Assembly (NCBI GenBank): GCA_043800705.1
Contig: JAZDMS010000010.1
Coordinates: forward strand, 96,001-160,000
Length of the DNA: 64,000 nucleotides
Reading direction: 5' to 3'
DNA from: Candidatus Altiarchaeota archaeon
GTDB taxonomy: Archaea > Altiarchaeota > Altiarchaeia > IMC4 > SCGC-AAA252-I15
The number at the start of each line of letters is the position of its first letter. Positions within the stretch are counted from its first letter, which is position 1. Of this stretch, positions 28,043 to 36,566 are shown piece by piece. The notes under the pieces are model-generated. The model made no database searches. It saw only the letters and a list, made by a program, of their open reading frames with translations, and was not told the DNA's origin. A program made the translations under genes and the position numbers.

Positions 28043-28092
28043 AAAGACATAATTACAAGCACAGATATAAAAAAGAGACAAAAATACAAAAT
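27903..28092. repeat. Direct repeat, copy 2
   Basis: Identical 87 bp core at 27972-28058. Confidence 0.9.
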
Positions 28093-28769
28093 TAGCCTTC
28101 TGAGGTTGTGTTAATGATCATTCGTTTGGCTGCGTTAAATAACGGGACAGTGTCGCAGATATCTAATCTGGAGCATAAATCGAGGTCATCAATCTGATTC
28201 AGTCTACTAAGACGTCTCGCGCCATCACCTCCGAGAATCCTTTCCCTCACACCGTCCCACTCAGGTCTTTCCCCCCTCAAAAGGCGCTTCAAATATTTAG
28301 CGCATTCCTCATCCTCGACAGCCTTCTTTTTACCTTCGTTCCCCAAGGCGACAAGAGACACATTATCTGGATTTTCAGCCTTAAGATGTTCGACTAATGC
28401 AGTGGCATTTGCAAAACTCCCAATCAGGATTCTGTCAGCATTCTTCGCGTTGACTAATCCCTGCGCCCCAGCAGATGATGTGAAGACTACACTTCTCCCG
28501 GTCAGAGTCAACTTAGATATGGAAGCCGGCGAATTATTGTAGTCGAAACCATCAGGAACCAAACCCATTCGCTCCCCCACAAGCAAATAATCTGGATTCG
28601 CCCTCTTCAAATCATGCGCCTCATCAAGGCCTCCTGCCACGATGATGGACTCAACTCCAACGCCGATACATGTGATAATGGTATTACTCGCCCTGAAGAC
28701 GTCTATGATGACTGCAGTACCCGTAGCGGCCCTGGCGCCTCTGAGGCAGCTTCTCACGGAAACTTCCAT
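28092..28769 (-). CDS. comB: 2-phosphosulfolactate phosphatase (ComB) family protein
   Basis: AVIIDVFRAS, GERMG...GFDYNNSP, FTSSAG, GSFANA, EDEECA. Confidence 0.85.
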   Translation of the reverse strand: MEVSVRSCLRGARAATGTAVIIDVFRASNTIITCIGVGVESIIVAGGLDEAHDLKRANPDYLLVGERMGLVPDGFDYNNSPASISKLTLTGRSVVFTSSAGAQGLVNAKNADRILIGSFANATALVEHLKAENPDNVSLVALGNEGKKKAVEDEECAKYLKRLLRGERPEWDGVRERILGGDGARRLSRLNQIDDLDLCSRLDICDTVPLFNAAKRMIINTTSEG

Positions 28770-28792
28770 GACATAAAATTATGATGCCTGTC

Positions 28793-29764
28793 CTATTTAT
28801 GTCTGCCGCTAAATTTTTCCTTGAGCTCTTTCCTTGTGTTCCTCAGTATAGTCTCCCCTTTTTTTGACTTCAGATTCGTCCCTAACAGGCATTCCCTTAA
28901 AAAAGTCTCTTTGGCCCGTTTGCCTATGTCTGGCGAATTAATGTATACTCCACCGACTATCTCATCGCTGTTGTCCCGGATATACATGAATACGTCTATC
29001 CCCTGGTGGCCCTCATGACAAACCATCTGTAGACCCGGCTGGGGATTGAGGTAGATTATGTCAAGATTCTTCGATCTCGCAAGGAACATGACATTGTCTA
29101 AGACCATCTCACACTCTTTGTAAGCCCAAACGGGGTCATGGTAACACCTGAGCGCATGGCGGTAGAGGTATTCAACGTCAAGCATAGTTATGTATGTCAC
29201 CTTAAGTTCCTTCTTCACGATACACCTGTCATAAATCGTCCTGAAGGGGCCTCCCCTATCAACGCTCTCTAGAAGCCGGGGGGTATAAAGGATGTTCGCG
29301 AATTTCCCCGCAGCATATACTGCGTTGGACCTTTTGGCGCAGAAACCGATTTTCTCGAAGAATGGCGTATGGTCCAGGTATTCGACAGTGGGTTTGAAGT
29401 AGTTAATCTTGGTCCTATTGAAATAATCCTCAAGGTCTCCTGTAAGCCTGTCAAAATCAGCCATGGTTTTCTTCAACTCCTCCTTCGAAGAGTGTAAAAT
29501 CCCACTTACTCCCTCAAAATCAACAACATAAGCCCCAAATCCGCTCTGCGTGATACAGCCCCCTCTCTTCAAGGATCTAAGGATATTAAACAGGTTCGGT
29601 TTCATTAGATACTTCCCAGTCAACTTCCGATATTCCCCCTGTATGGCCTTAGGGGAGGCCTGTATATTCTCGGATTGTAGGCGGAATATGCACTGCATGA
29701 TGTCGTACTGCTGCGGTGTCAGTCCGAGCCACTCAGGCACCCTAGCATCAAGAGAATCTTCCAT
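28793..29764 (-). CDS. wHTH (TrmB-like architecture) regulator paralogue A
   Basis: LGLTPQQYDI...ASPKAI...KPNLFNILRSL wHTH, coiled linker, KPTVEYL, FMYIRD..IVGGVYINSP. Confidence 0.65.
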   Translation of the reverse strand: MEDSLDARVPEWLGLTPQQYDIMQCIFRLQSENIQASPKAIQGEYRKLTGKYLMKPNLFNILRSLKRGGCITQSGFGAYVVDFEGVSGILHSSKEELKKTMADFDRLTGDLEDYFNRTKINYFKPTVEYLDHTPFFEKIGFCAKRSNAVYAAGKFANILYTPRLLESVDRGGPFRTIYDRCIVKKELKVTYITMLDVEYLYRHALRCYHDPVWAYKECEMVLDNVMFLARSKNLDIIYLNPQPGLQMVCHEGHQGIDVFMYIRDNSDEIVGGVYINSPDIGKRAKETFLRECLLGTNLKSKKGETILRNTRKELKEKFSGRHK

Positions 29765-30710
29765 ATTTCCCCTTCAACTTCATCCTTACATTTCGTATTA
29801 TGTTCTCGCCCTTTTTGGTTTTAAGGTTTATACCGCTTTCACATTCCCTGAGGAACATCTCCTTGGCTCTTTTCCCAACGTCCGGGGAGCCTATGTGTAC
29901 TCCGCCGATGATATCCTCTCTGTTGTCTCTGATGTAAAGAAACACATCTATTGGCTGGATTTTCTCCGGGAGGACAAGATCTAAACCGAAAAGCCTTTCA
30001 GTATATACTATATCCACATTGTCCATTTTCCTAAGTTCGCACAGATTTTCTATCGTCTTCTGGCATTCGAGATATGCTAAACCGGGATTCTTGTATGTTT
30101 GTAAGGCCTGGTGATAGAGGTAATCTATGTCCAAGTTGGTAAGGTATTTGGCTTTTAGTCTTTTCTTGAAACAGCCGTCGTATATGGCTTTAACGTATTC
30201 CGCTCTTCCGATTCCGGCAAGCATTGTCGGGGTATATGAAATTTTTGCGAATTTTCCGACAACATAGTGGACCTTTGCGACCCTGACTAGTTGGGCAAGT
30301 TTATGGTAAAACTGGTCATATTCCAGATATTCGACAACTGGTTTAAACTGACTTACTTTTATCCTCGAAAAATACGCATCCACCTCGTCGACAACCTTCT
30401 CAAATTCAGAAATCTCCCTATATCTCTCCTCTTTTTTCTGCCTTAACGTCTTTTCTACAAAATCAAAATCGACCTCGTAGCATGCATACTCCGTTTGTTT
30501 AATGTGTCCCTTGTTTTTCAGTAATCTAAGAACGTTAAAGAGGTTCGGTTTCATAAGATGCTTCCCCCTAAGTTTTCTATACTCCTCTTGTATCGCCTTG
30601 GGTGCGGCAACTATTCCCCTCTCATGAATCTGATAAACGCATTGTAGAATATCGAATTGCTGGGGTGTAAGCCCTAATCCCTCTGAAACCATCTTTAAAT
30701 CAAATTCCAC
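29748..30710 (-). CDS. wHTH (TrmB-like architecture) regulator paralogue B
   Basis: LGLTPQQFDI...KPNLFNVLRLL, KPVVEYL, FLYIRD..IIGGVHIGSP; GTG start with GGGTGG RBS. Confidence 0.65.
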   Translation of the reverse strand: MEFDLKMVSEGLGLTPQQFDILQCVYQIHERGIVAAPKAIQEEYRKLRGKHLMKPNLFNVLRLLKNKGHIKQTEYACYEVDFDFVEKTLRQKKEERYREISEFEKVVDEVDAYFSRIKVSQFKPVVEYLEYDQFYHKLAQLVRVAKVHYVVGKFAKISYTPTMLAGIGRAEYVKAIYDGCFKKRLKAKYLTNLDIDYLYHQALQTYKNPGLAYLECQKTIENLCELRKMDNVDIVYTERLFGLDLVLPEKIQPIDVFLYIRDNREDIIGGVHIGSPDVGKRAKEMFLRECESGINLKTKKGENIIRNVRMKLKGKYGRFS

Positions 30711-30762
30711 CAGACCACCCTATACAATAGCGGGTAACCTAGATTAAAAAGAAACTGTAACG

Positions 30763-30778
30763 ACTGTAATACTACAGT
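30763..30778. promoter_or_regulatory. Palindromic candidate operator upstream of paralogue B
   Basis: ACTGTA-ATAC-TACAGT within three TGTAA repeats, just upstream of a minus-strand TTTTTAAT TATA-like box. Confidence 0.5.
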
Positions 30779-30836
30779 GTAATACTCTTCATTCAGGACA
30801 TTCGTCTGATTTCTTATGGTTGCCACCGATAATTTT

Positions 30837-31809
30837 TTACGTTTTCCGTTTTAGTTGTTGTCGAATCTTTTTATAGATTTTTCTCCCTGTGCTGTCGTTT
30901 TTTAGCAGTTGGGCATGTTTACAAACTTCATTAAACCTGTCGAGGGCATTCTTAGTTGCCTCCGGAGATCGAATGTATATTCCCCCAATATGTACCTGAT
31001 TCTCGTCACGAACGAAAATAAACATCTCTTCGGGTTCATCCTTTACTGGTATAATGACGTCCAAACCGAATGGATTACTGTAATAAAAAATATTTAGTAA
31101 TTCATTTTCAGAAATCTGTCTTTCAAGATTGTTGATTATTTTTTCACACTCAGTCTCAATCGTTTTTTTGTCATTAAACGTCAACCGTACATATTCCCAA
31201 AGGATATTTATTTATTGATAACGGGGAGAGATAAGTTATCCTCAACTCCTTTTTATTAAAGCACTGATTTTTTATGATGTCAAGGTACTCTCCTCTTTGT
31301 ATGCCTTTAGTTGAGACCTCTTCCGTATAAGAAATACCTGGAAAACCCGCCACTATGTAATACTCTCTAATCTCCTTCAACCTTGGGTTAACCATGTCCC
31401 AGAAAGCTTTCCTGTCACGGATATACTCAACATATGGCTTAGTATTTTTAATGGAACCTTTTTGGAAGAATTCCTCTATCTTAGATGATATTCCCTCAAA
31501 ATTCTTCATTTCGATTTCAAAATCCTTTTTTCTGGATTGGATTATTTCCCTTATTGCACTCATATTGACTATGTATGTGCCCTTTCCAAGTTTGCTTACT
31601 ATCTGCAGTTCGACCAATGTTTTAAGTATCCCGAATAAATTGGGTGGTTTGATCCTTTTTCCGTATCTTTTAGAATATTCCTCTAATACCGCCTTCGGTT
31701 TAGTCTCTTTTCCCCTTATTTCTAGCTCATGCAAAGAAATCAAAATCTCAAACTCTTGAATAGTTATCCCCAACCATCTATTGAACCTTTCAAAATCATC
31801 TGGTTCCAT
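30837..31809 (-). pseudogene. wHTH (TrmB-like) regulator paralogue C, split by a +1 frameshift near 31175-31187
   Basis: ORF 31174-31809 (LGITIQEFEI, PPNLFGILKTL, KPYVEYI) and ORF 30837-31184 (FIFVRD..IGGIYIRSP) together align with the full-length paralogues. Confidence 0.75.
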
Positions 31810-31880
31810 AATATACTAAGTATAATAGATACTATATCCTGATATACATATATTTATACTAATGTTGATAGATTTATTAT

Positions 31881-32081
31881 ATGTCTCTTTCAGGTAGATC
31901 GTTAATCTCTCCCCTTGATTGCGGGAGTAATTACTTCTTAAAACTTTCTGAAAGAAGTAATACCTTGACTATTCCAGGCTCTATCATTAAACAGAATGCT
32001 ATCAAGGACAAGGATATAGTACTCTTTATTCAACAAAATGGCAAATTCATTGTCCAGATTCATCGGGGCGATAAAACATGA
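31881..32081 (+). CDS. Small AbrB/MazE-like protein
   Basis: SNTLTIPGSIIKQNAIKDKDIVLF...GKFIV pattern. Confidence 0.5.
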   Translation: MSLSGRSLISPLDCGSNYFLKLSERSNTLTIPGSIIKQNAIKDKDIVLFIQQNGKFIVQIHRGDKT

Positions 32082-32200
32082 TAATTGGGGCTGCCTGCGT
32101 ACGACTGAATAGGAAAGGTCAGGGAATAATTGAAATTCCGAAACTGGTCTACTATACGATACTTAGCAAAGCTGAATACTCCCTTGAATTAGTGTCGTAA
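32078..32200 (+). CDS. 40-aa AbrB-like fragment
   Basis: Manual translation MIIGAACVRLNRKGQGIIEIPKLVYYTILSKAEYSLELVS; ATGA overlap with previous ORF. Confidence 0.35.
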   Translation: MIIGAACVRLNRKGQGIIEIPKLVYYTILSKAEYSLELVS

Positions 32201-32214
32201 ACGGAAAAAATAAA

Positions 32215-32835
32215 ATGGACGTGACTAAAGCAATAAAAAAACGTAGGAGTATCAGAAAATACTCCCCCAAAGCTGTCCCTCTACACAAGATAATGGAAAT
32301 CCTAGATGCGGCAAGACTGGCACCATCTGGATGTAACGTACAACCTACTCGCTTCATCCTAATCCGGTCTGCCAGGATGAAAGAGAAATTAAAAAAGAAA
32401 AAAGTTTTCCCCCAGGACTGGGTATATACCGCTCCATTGATAATAGTGTACTGCGGGAATCCAAAAGATTACGGAAACTTTGAAGGCGCAAAATATCAGC
32501 AAGAAGACGGTACATTACCTACGGATATTACTAAAGTTTACCCTTATTTTAGTGATCCGGAAGAACGAACACTAAAAGATCTTTCTATATCCTCAGCATT
32601 CACTATGTTACGAGCTGTTGAATTAGGCCTTGGAACTTGTTATATAGGGTTAGTCGATCGGGTAAAAATAAAAACCATATTGAAAATTCCAAAGAACTTT
32701 ATTATTCCTTTTGCCTTAACGATAGGTTTTCCTGCTGAAAAGCCACATCAAAGAGATAGAAAATCGCTGAAAAAACTCATTTTAAAGATAAAAAATAATG
32801 GTCGTAGCCTTAACTATTCCTCATCCAGCAAATAG
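32215..32835 (+). CDS. Nitroreductase family protein
   Basis: IKKRRSIRKY, ARLAPSGCNVQP, AVELGLGTCYIG. Confidence 0.92.
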   Translation: MDVTKAIKKRRSIRKYSPKAVPLHKIMEILDAARLAPSGCNVQPTRFILIRSARMKEKLKKKKVFPQDWVYTAPLIIVYCGNPKDYGNFEGAKYQQEDGTLPTDITKVYPYFSDPEERTLKDLSISSAFTMLRAVELGLGTCYIGLVDRVKIKTILKIPKNFIIPFALTIGFPAEKPHQRDRKSLKKLILKIKNNGRSLNYSSSSK

Positions 32836-33859
32836 GGTCTGATATATTGTGGTCTCCTGCTATTAATGAGGCAGCAGCCCTGCAACCCCAGCAAAATGTA
32901 TTCTTTTCGCATTTGCTGCAATGTCCTTTAATTTTTTTTGGCTCATGGAGTTCCTTACATAACAGTGTGTCGCTGTTTTCTTCGAATAGTTCTTTGAATC
33001 GTCTCTTATGAACGCTACCGACATATGTCGGTAGCACCATCGAACACGACATTACATCGCCATGATAATTTATCACACATTTAGTTCCGCAGTAAAATTT
33101 TGTACCGAATCCCGGGCCGCTAAGGATTCCATCCTTAGAGTTCCGGTACATGTACACTTCCCTCATCTCATCAAATGTTGGTGAGAGCCTGTCTGTCTTC
33201 TTTGCCAGGCCAAATGCCCGATAGGGGTAGAGTATGACCGAAATCCCTTTTTCATCATATGCCCAGTCGATCGTTTCCTTATAGTCAGCATCCTCTATTA
33301 ATGGTTTTGTAACCGTGATTGCCAACGCAACATTATCTGGACAGAAGCCGCTATCCAAGAGGTTCTCTAATCCAAGGATCTGTTTTTCAAGGTATTCCAG
33401 ACGGCTATAATGCGTTTTTTTAAACACTTTCTCGCTTAATGTGTCTATGTGAATATGTGCCAGGTCAACAATTTCGTTGACATTTTCTAGATTTTTTTTA
33501 TTTACTAATGGTGCACCATTTGTCATAAGAAGATTGGATAGTCCTTTCTCCTTTGCATAGGCCATTATCTCAAACCAGTTACTTCTTGTTAGAGGTTCTC
33601 CACCCCCCCAGTTTATCTGTCTAGCTCCTAAATCAGATATGTCATCGACTATTTCATGGAGTTTAATATCATCTATTTTTTTTACATTTTCAGGAACTGA
33701 TTCTGCGTAACAGTAACTACACCCACCGTCACAGAAAGACGTTAATCCCACCTCTACCGTATAAAGCCTGCACTCGTCGAAGAATTTTATCTGTTCCTCT
33801 ATGTCGTTCGTGAACCCTTTTCTGACTTTATTTTTACAATTTATGAAATTTTCCATCAT
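32810..33859 (-). CDS. Radical SAM protein with SPASM domain
   Basis: CDGGCSYC, WGGGEPL, MTNG; SPASM cysteines CGTKC, GDVMSC, CSKC...CWGCRA...DPIC. Confidence 0.92.
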   Translation of the reverse strand: MMENFINCKNKVRKGFTNDIEEQIKFFDECRLYTVEVGLTSFCDGGCSYCYAESVPENVKKIDDIKLHEIVDDISDLGARQINWGGGEPLTRSNWFEIMAYAKEKGLSNLLMTNGAPLVNKKNLENVNEIVDLAHIHIDTLSEKVFKKTHYSRLEYLEKQILGLENLLDSGFCPDNVALAITVTKPLIEDADYKETIDWAYDEKGISVILYPYRAFGLAKKTDRLSPTFDEMREVYMYRNSKDGILSGPGFGTKFYCGTKCVINYHGDVMSCSMVLPTYVGSVHKRRFKELFEENSDTLLCKELHEPKKIKGHCSKCEKNTFCWGCRAAASLIAGDHNISDPICWMRNS

Positions 33860-34830
33860 TTCCCCCTCGCTTTATCCAACTCTTTTAACCTTTTTCTGAG
33901 TTCACTGAATATCCTATCCTTTTCCGGCCCTGAAATGTCGATTGCATTTTCGCAGTTTTTTTGGAATTCCTCTTTTGCCCTAATTGCGGTTGACGACGAT
34001 TTTATGTATATCCCCCCAATTGCCATTTGTTTGGAATCCCTTACAAACATGAAATAGTCTTGTAATACCTCGCCCTCTGGGAGTAGTACATCCATCCCAT
34101 ATGGGAATTCTGTATACATCACCTTCAGATTTTTATTGAGTGAGACTAGGCTTTCGAGGTTTGTGATCGCAGCATCGCATTCTTTGATCGCCATATCATG
34201 GTCATTGTGTATGCTCATGAATCTATCATAAGGATATTCGATCGAAAGGCTTGTCAGATAGTTTATTTCGAGACTTTTTTCCTTAAAGCATTTTCTTCGC
34301 ATAACCTCTAAGTATCTTTCTAACTTTAATCCATCTGAGAGCGTATATGGATAACTTATATTTGTGAATTTTGAAACTACGTAATATCTCTTAGAACGTT
34401 CGAGAAGTTTCGCGATCTTATCAAACATTTCATTATATTCAAGGTATTCTACCATGGGTTTTTCGGGATTAGCTGTCGTCTTCTTGAAGTATTCTTCCAG
34501 TTCGCCTGACAGTTGTTCATAGTGTGTTATCTTCTGTTGGTATTCGGTCTTTCTTTGGTCTAGTGTTTTTTTGAGGCCTTCTAGGTTCAGTTTGTAGTTG
34601 GCCTCGCCTTCTCGCGTCAGGAAGTCTTTGTCTTGGAGTATCTTCATCTGTCTGAAGAGGTTGCTTTTTTGGATTCCTCCCCCGAAATCCTTTGCGTAGG
34701 TCAGTTCGATCTCTTTCGGGGAGGCGGCCTTGTTCTTCGAGGATAGCTTATAGACCGTCTTCAGAAGGTTCAGCTGCTGGTCAGTTATGCCGAGGATGCC
34801 TGGAGCATCTATGTCCTCGATTTTAGCCAT
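33856..34830 (-). CDS. wHTH (TrmB-like architecture) regulator paralogue D
   Basis: LGITDQQLNL...ASPKEI...KSNLFRQMKIL, KPMVEYL, FMFVRD..IGGIYIKS. Confidence 0.65.
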   Translation of the reverse strand: MAKIEDIDAPGILGITDQQLNLLKTVYKLSSKNKAASPKEIELTYAKDFGGGIQKSNLFRQMKILQDKDFLTREGEANYKLNLEGLKKTLDQRKTEYQQKITHYEQLSGELEEYFKKTTANPEKPMVEYLEYNEMFDKIAKLLERSKRYYVVSKFTNISYPYTLSDGLKLERYLEVMRRKCFKEKSLEINYLTSLSIEYPYDRFMSIHNDHDMAIKECDAAITNLESLVSLNKNLKVMYTEFPYGMDVLLPEGEVLQDYFMFVRDSKQMAIGGIYIKSSSTAIRAKEEFQKNCENAIDISGPEKDRIFSELRKRLKELDKARGK

Positions 34831-34881
34831 CTACTCAGTCCCCCTACTATCTGATAGGAACAAACCTTTAAATATTAATGG

Positions 34882-34907
34882 GTGTACGAGTGTAAACACT
34901 AGTACAC
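34882..34907. promoter_or_regulatory. 26-bp palindrome upstream of paralogue D
   Basis: GTGTACgAGTGT-aa-ACACTaGTACAC (11 of 12 arm positions pair), next to a TTTAAA TATA-like element. Confidence 0.55.
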
Positions 34908-34965
34908 TACATTATGATAGTACTTTTTAAATAAATCTGACAAGAAGATAACCAAAGTAAGTAAA

Positions 34966-34982
34966 TTTGACATAATGTCAAA
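34966..34982. promoter_or_regulatory. Perfect palindrome, candidate operator
   Basis: TTTGACAT-A-ATGTCAAA directly before the ATG at 34985. Confidence 0.5.
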
Positions 34983-34984
34983 AA

Positions 34985-35113
34985 ATGGGGTGTATGGGGA
35001 TGGATTTGTCTGCGTTTTTGGGGTTTGTGGTGTTCGGGGAATTGTTGACGTTTTTTTGGATGCTGGAAGTGGCCGATAAGCGCATTACCTGCCATCCTTA
35101 TGGGGTGCTCTGA
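34985..35113 (+). CDS. Small hydrophobic protein (42 aa)
   Basis: Manual translation MGCMGMDLSAFLGFVVFGELLTFFWMLEVADKRITCHPYGVL; TGATG overlap with next ORF. Confidence 0.35.
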   Translation: MGCMGMDLSAFLGFVVFGELLTFFWMLEVADKRITCHPYGVL

Positions 35114-35337
35114 TGTCTGCATACTTTGATCTTTCCAGGTGGGGTCTGTTCGCCGGATTCACTTCCATGATCGATAGGTTGGCCGAGGATGAGGCCGTCG
35201 ATTACGAGTTCGACCCTGCGGAGGCCGACTTCGTCGTGGTCTCGGAGCTGAAGGGTTGCGACCCTGCGGCGGAGACTGCGAAGCTGCGGGGCCATATAGT
35301 CGTCTCTTTGGAGGGCGAGGATGCCGAAGAGGGGTGA
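35113..35337 (+). CDS. Small acidic hypothetical protein
   Basis: 74-aa ORF in an apparent operon. Confidence 0.45.
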   Translation: MSAYFDLSRWGLFAGFTSMIDRLAEDEAVDYEFDPAEADFVVVSELKGCDPAAETAKLRGHIVVSLEGEDAEEG

Positions 35338-35563
35338 GGGGGGTGTGGGGGTCATCCTCCATCACCTTGTCGGTGAGGTCTGCTGTGTCACGAAGACCAT
35401 CAAGGCCAGGCAGGCGGGTTTAGTCCGCATTTGGGGGAAGGATTTCGAGGCAACGGGGGAGACGAAGATCCCGAGGGGCCGGTGGGTCCGGGTCATCGCT
35501 CATAGCGACGAAAATCTGGAAGTCGTCCCGTTGAACGTGTGGCTCGGCAGCTGCTGCTGCTGA
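35321..35563 (+). CDS. NfeD-like C-terminal OB-fold protein
   Basis: LVGEVCCVTKTI...GLVRIWGKDFEA...IPRGRWVRVI...NLEVVP. Confidence 0.6.
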   Translation: MPKRGEGGVGVILHHLVGEVCCVTKTIKARQAGLVRIWGKDFEATGETKIPRGRWVRVIAHSDENLEVVPLNVWLGSCCC

Positions 35564-35604
35564 GGTTTTTTCATATTTATAGTCTCTTCGGTTACCTATT
35601 TATC

Positions 35605-35820
35605 ATGGCAATGGACTACAACGTCATCATCGAGGAGGGAACCGACGGTTATCTGATATCGGAGGTCATAGAGCTGCCTGGGTGCCATACGCAGGCGAAA
35701 AACTTGGACGAGCTTATGAAGAGGACCAAGGAAGCGATTTCATTATACCTAAAATGCTCAAAGGGCGTCAAGGCTGAAGGAAGGTTCATCGGCGTACAGA
35801 AGGTAACAGTCGGTGCCTAG
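35605..35820 (+). CDS. hicB: HicB-family antitoxin
   Basis: YNVIIEEGTDGY...ELPGCHTQAKNLDELM..TKEAISLYL. Confidence 0.9.
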   Translation: MAMDYNVIIEEGTDGYLISEVIELPGCHTQAKNLDELMKRTKEAISLYLKCSKGVKAEGRFIGVQKVTVGA

Positions 35821-36047
35821 ATGGCGAAGCTGCCCATGCTCTCTGCAAGAGAAATGCCAAAATCCTGAAATCGATGGGATTCGCCTTCGTCCGCCAGGAA
35901 GGAAGCCATATGTTCTTCCGGCATATGGATGGCAGGACAACGGTTGTCCCGAATCACCGGGGAGAAGACCTTGATAGGGGATTGCTGAGCAAGATTATAA
36001 AGAAAGACCTGAAGATGGAAGTCGAAGAGTTCTTGAAATGCAAATAA
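35821..36047 (+). pseudogene. hicA: HicA-family toxin with a 1-nt deletion near 35856
   Basis: MAKLPMLSAREM, then in a shifted frame KILKSMGFAFVRQEGSHMFFRHMDGRTTVVPNHRGEDLDRGLLSKII; absent from the ORF track. Confidence 0.85.
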
Positions 36048-36084
36048 CGGCTCTATTTAAATATCTTTTGTCTATTCTGTAGGG

Positions 36085-36564
36085 ATGGATGTCACGGTGA
36101 TGATAGAGATCCCCAAGGGTAGCAGGAACAAGTACGAGTACGACAAGCACAGGGGCGCGATAAAGTTCGACAGGATGCTCTTCTCCTCCGTCCATTACCC
36201 TACCGATTACGGCTTCATCCCCGGCACGCTCGCCAAGGACGGCGACCCGTTGGATGCGCTCGTCCTCGTATGGGAGCCGACGTTCCCCGGCTGCATCATC
36301 GAGGCGAAACCTATTGGCGTTTTCCTGATGGAGGATGAGAAGGGCGTGGACGAGAAGATACTGTGCGTCCCCCTCCATGACCCCCAGTGGAACCACTTAA
36401 AATCGTTGAAGGACGTCCCCCCACACCTACTCAAGGAGATCGAGCATTTCTTCACCATCTACAAGGACCTGGAAGGCAAAAAGGTCAAGGTAGAGGGTTG
36501 GGCCGATAAGGAAGCCGCTTTGAGGATCATCAAGGAATCCAAGGCCATGTACAAGAACGGTTGA
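36085..36564 (+). CDS. ppa: Inorganic pyrophosphatase (family I)
   Basis: IEIPKGSRNKYE, YGFIPGTL, DGDPLD, DEKG.DEK, EIEHFF..YKDLE. Confidence 0.95.
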   Translation: MDVTVMIEIPKGSRNKYEYDKHRGAIKFDRMLFSSVHYPTDYGFIPGTLAKDGDPLDALVLVWEPTFPGCIIEAKPIGVFLMEDEKGVDEKILCVPLHDPQWNHLKSLKDVPPHLLKEIEHFFTIYKDLEGKKVKVEGWADKEAALRIIKESKAMYKNG

Positions 36565-36566
36565 GT

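Noticed and set aside
28092-28769. Coenzyme M biosynthesis implied by comB
   Set aside because: No comA/C/D/E in the window, and ComB homologues are widespread outside CoM producers
28800-29960. Similar DNA at the 3' ends of regulator paralogues A and B as a possible DGR template/variable repeat pair
   Set aside because: Differences are not adenine-specific, both copies are coding, and no reverse transcriptase is present; this is ordinary paralogy
32810-33859. The window's radical SAM genes as HydE/HydG hydrogenase maturases
   Set aside because: Their architectures are SPASM or B12-binding, not the BioB/ThiH-like type of HydE/HydG
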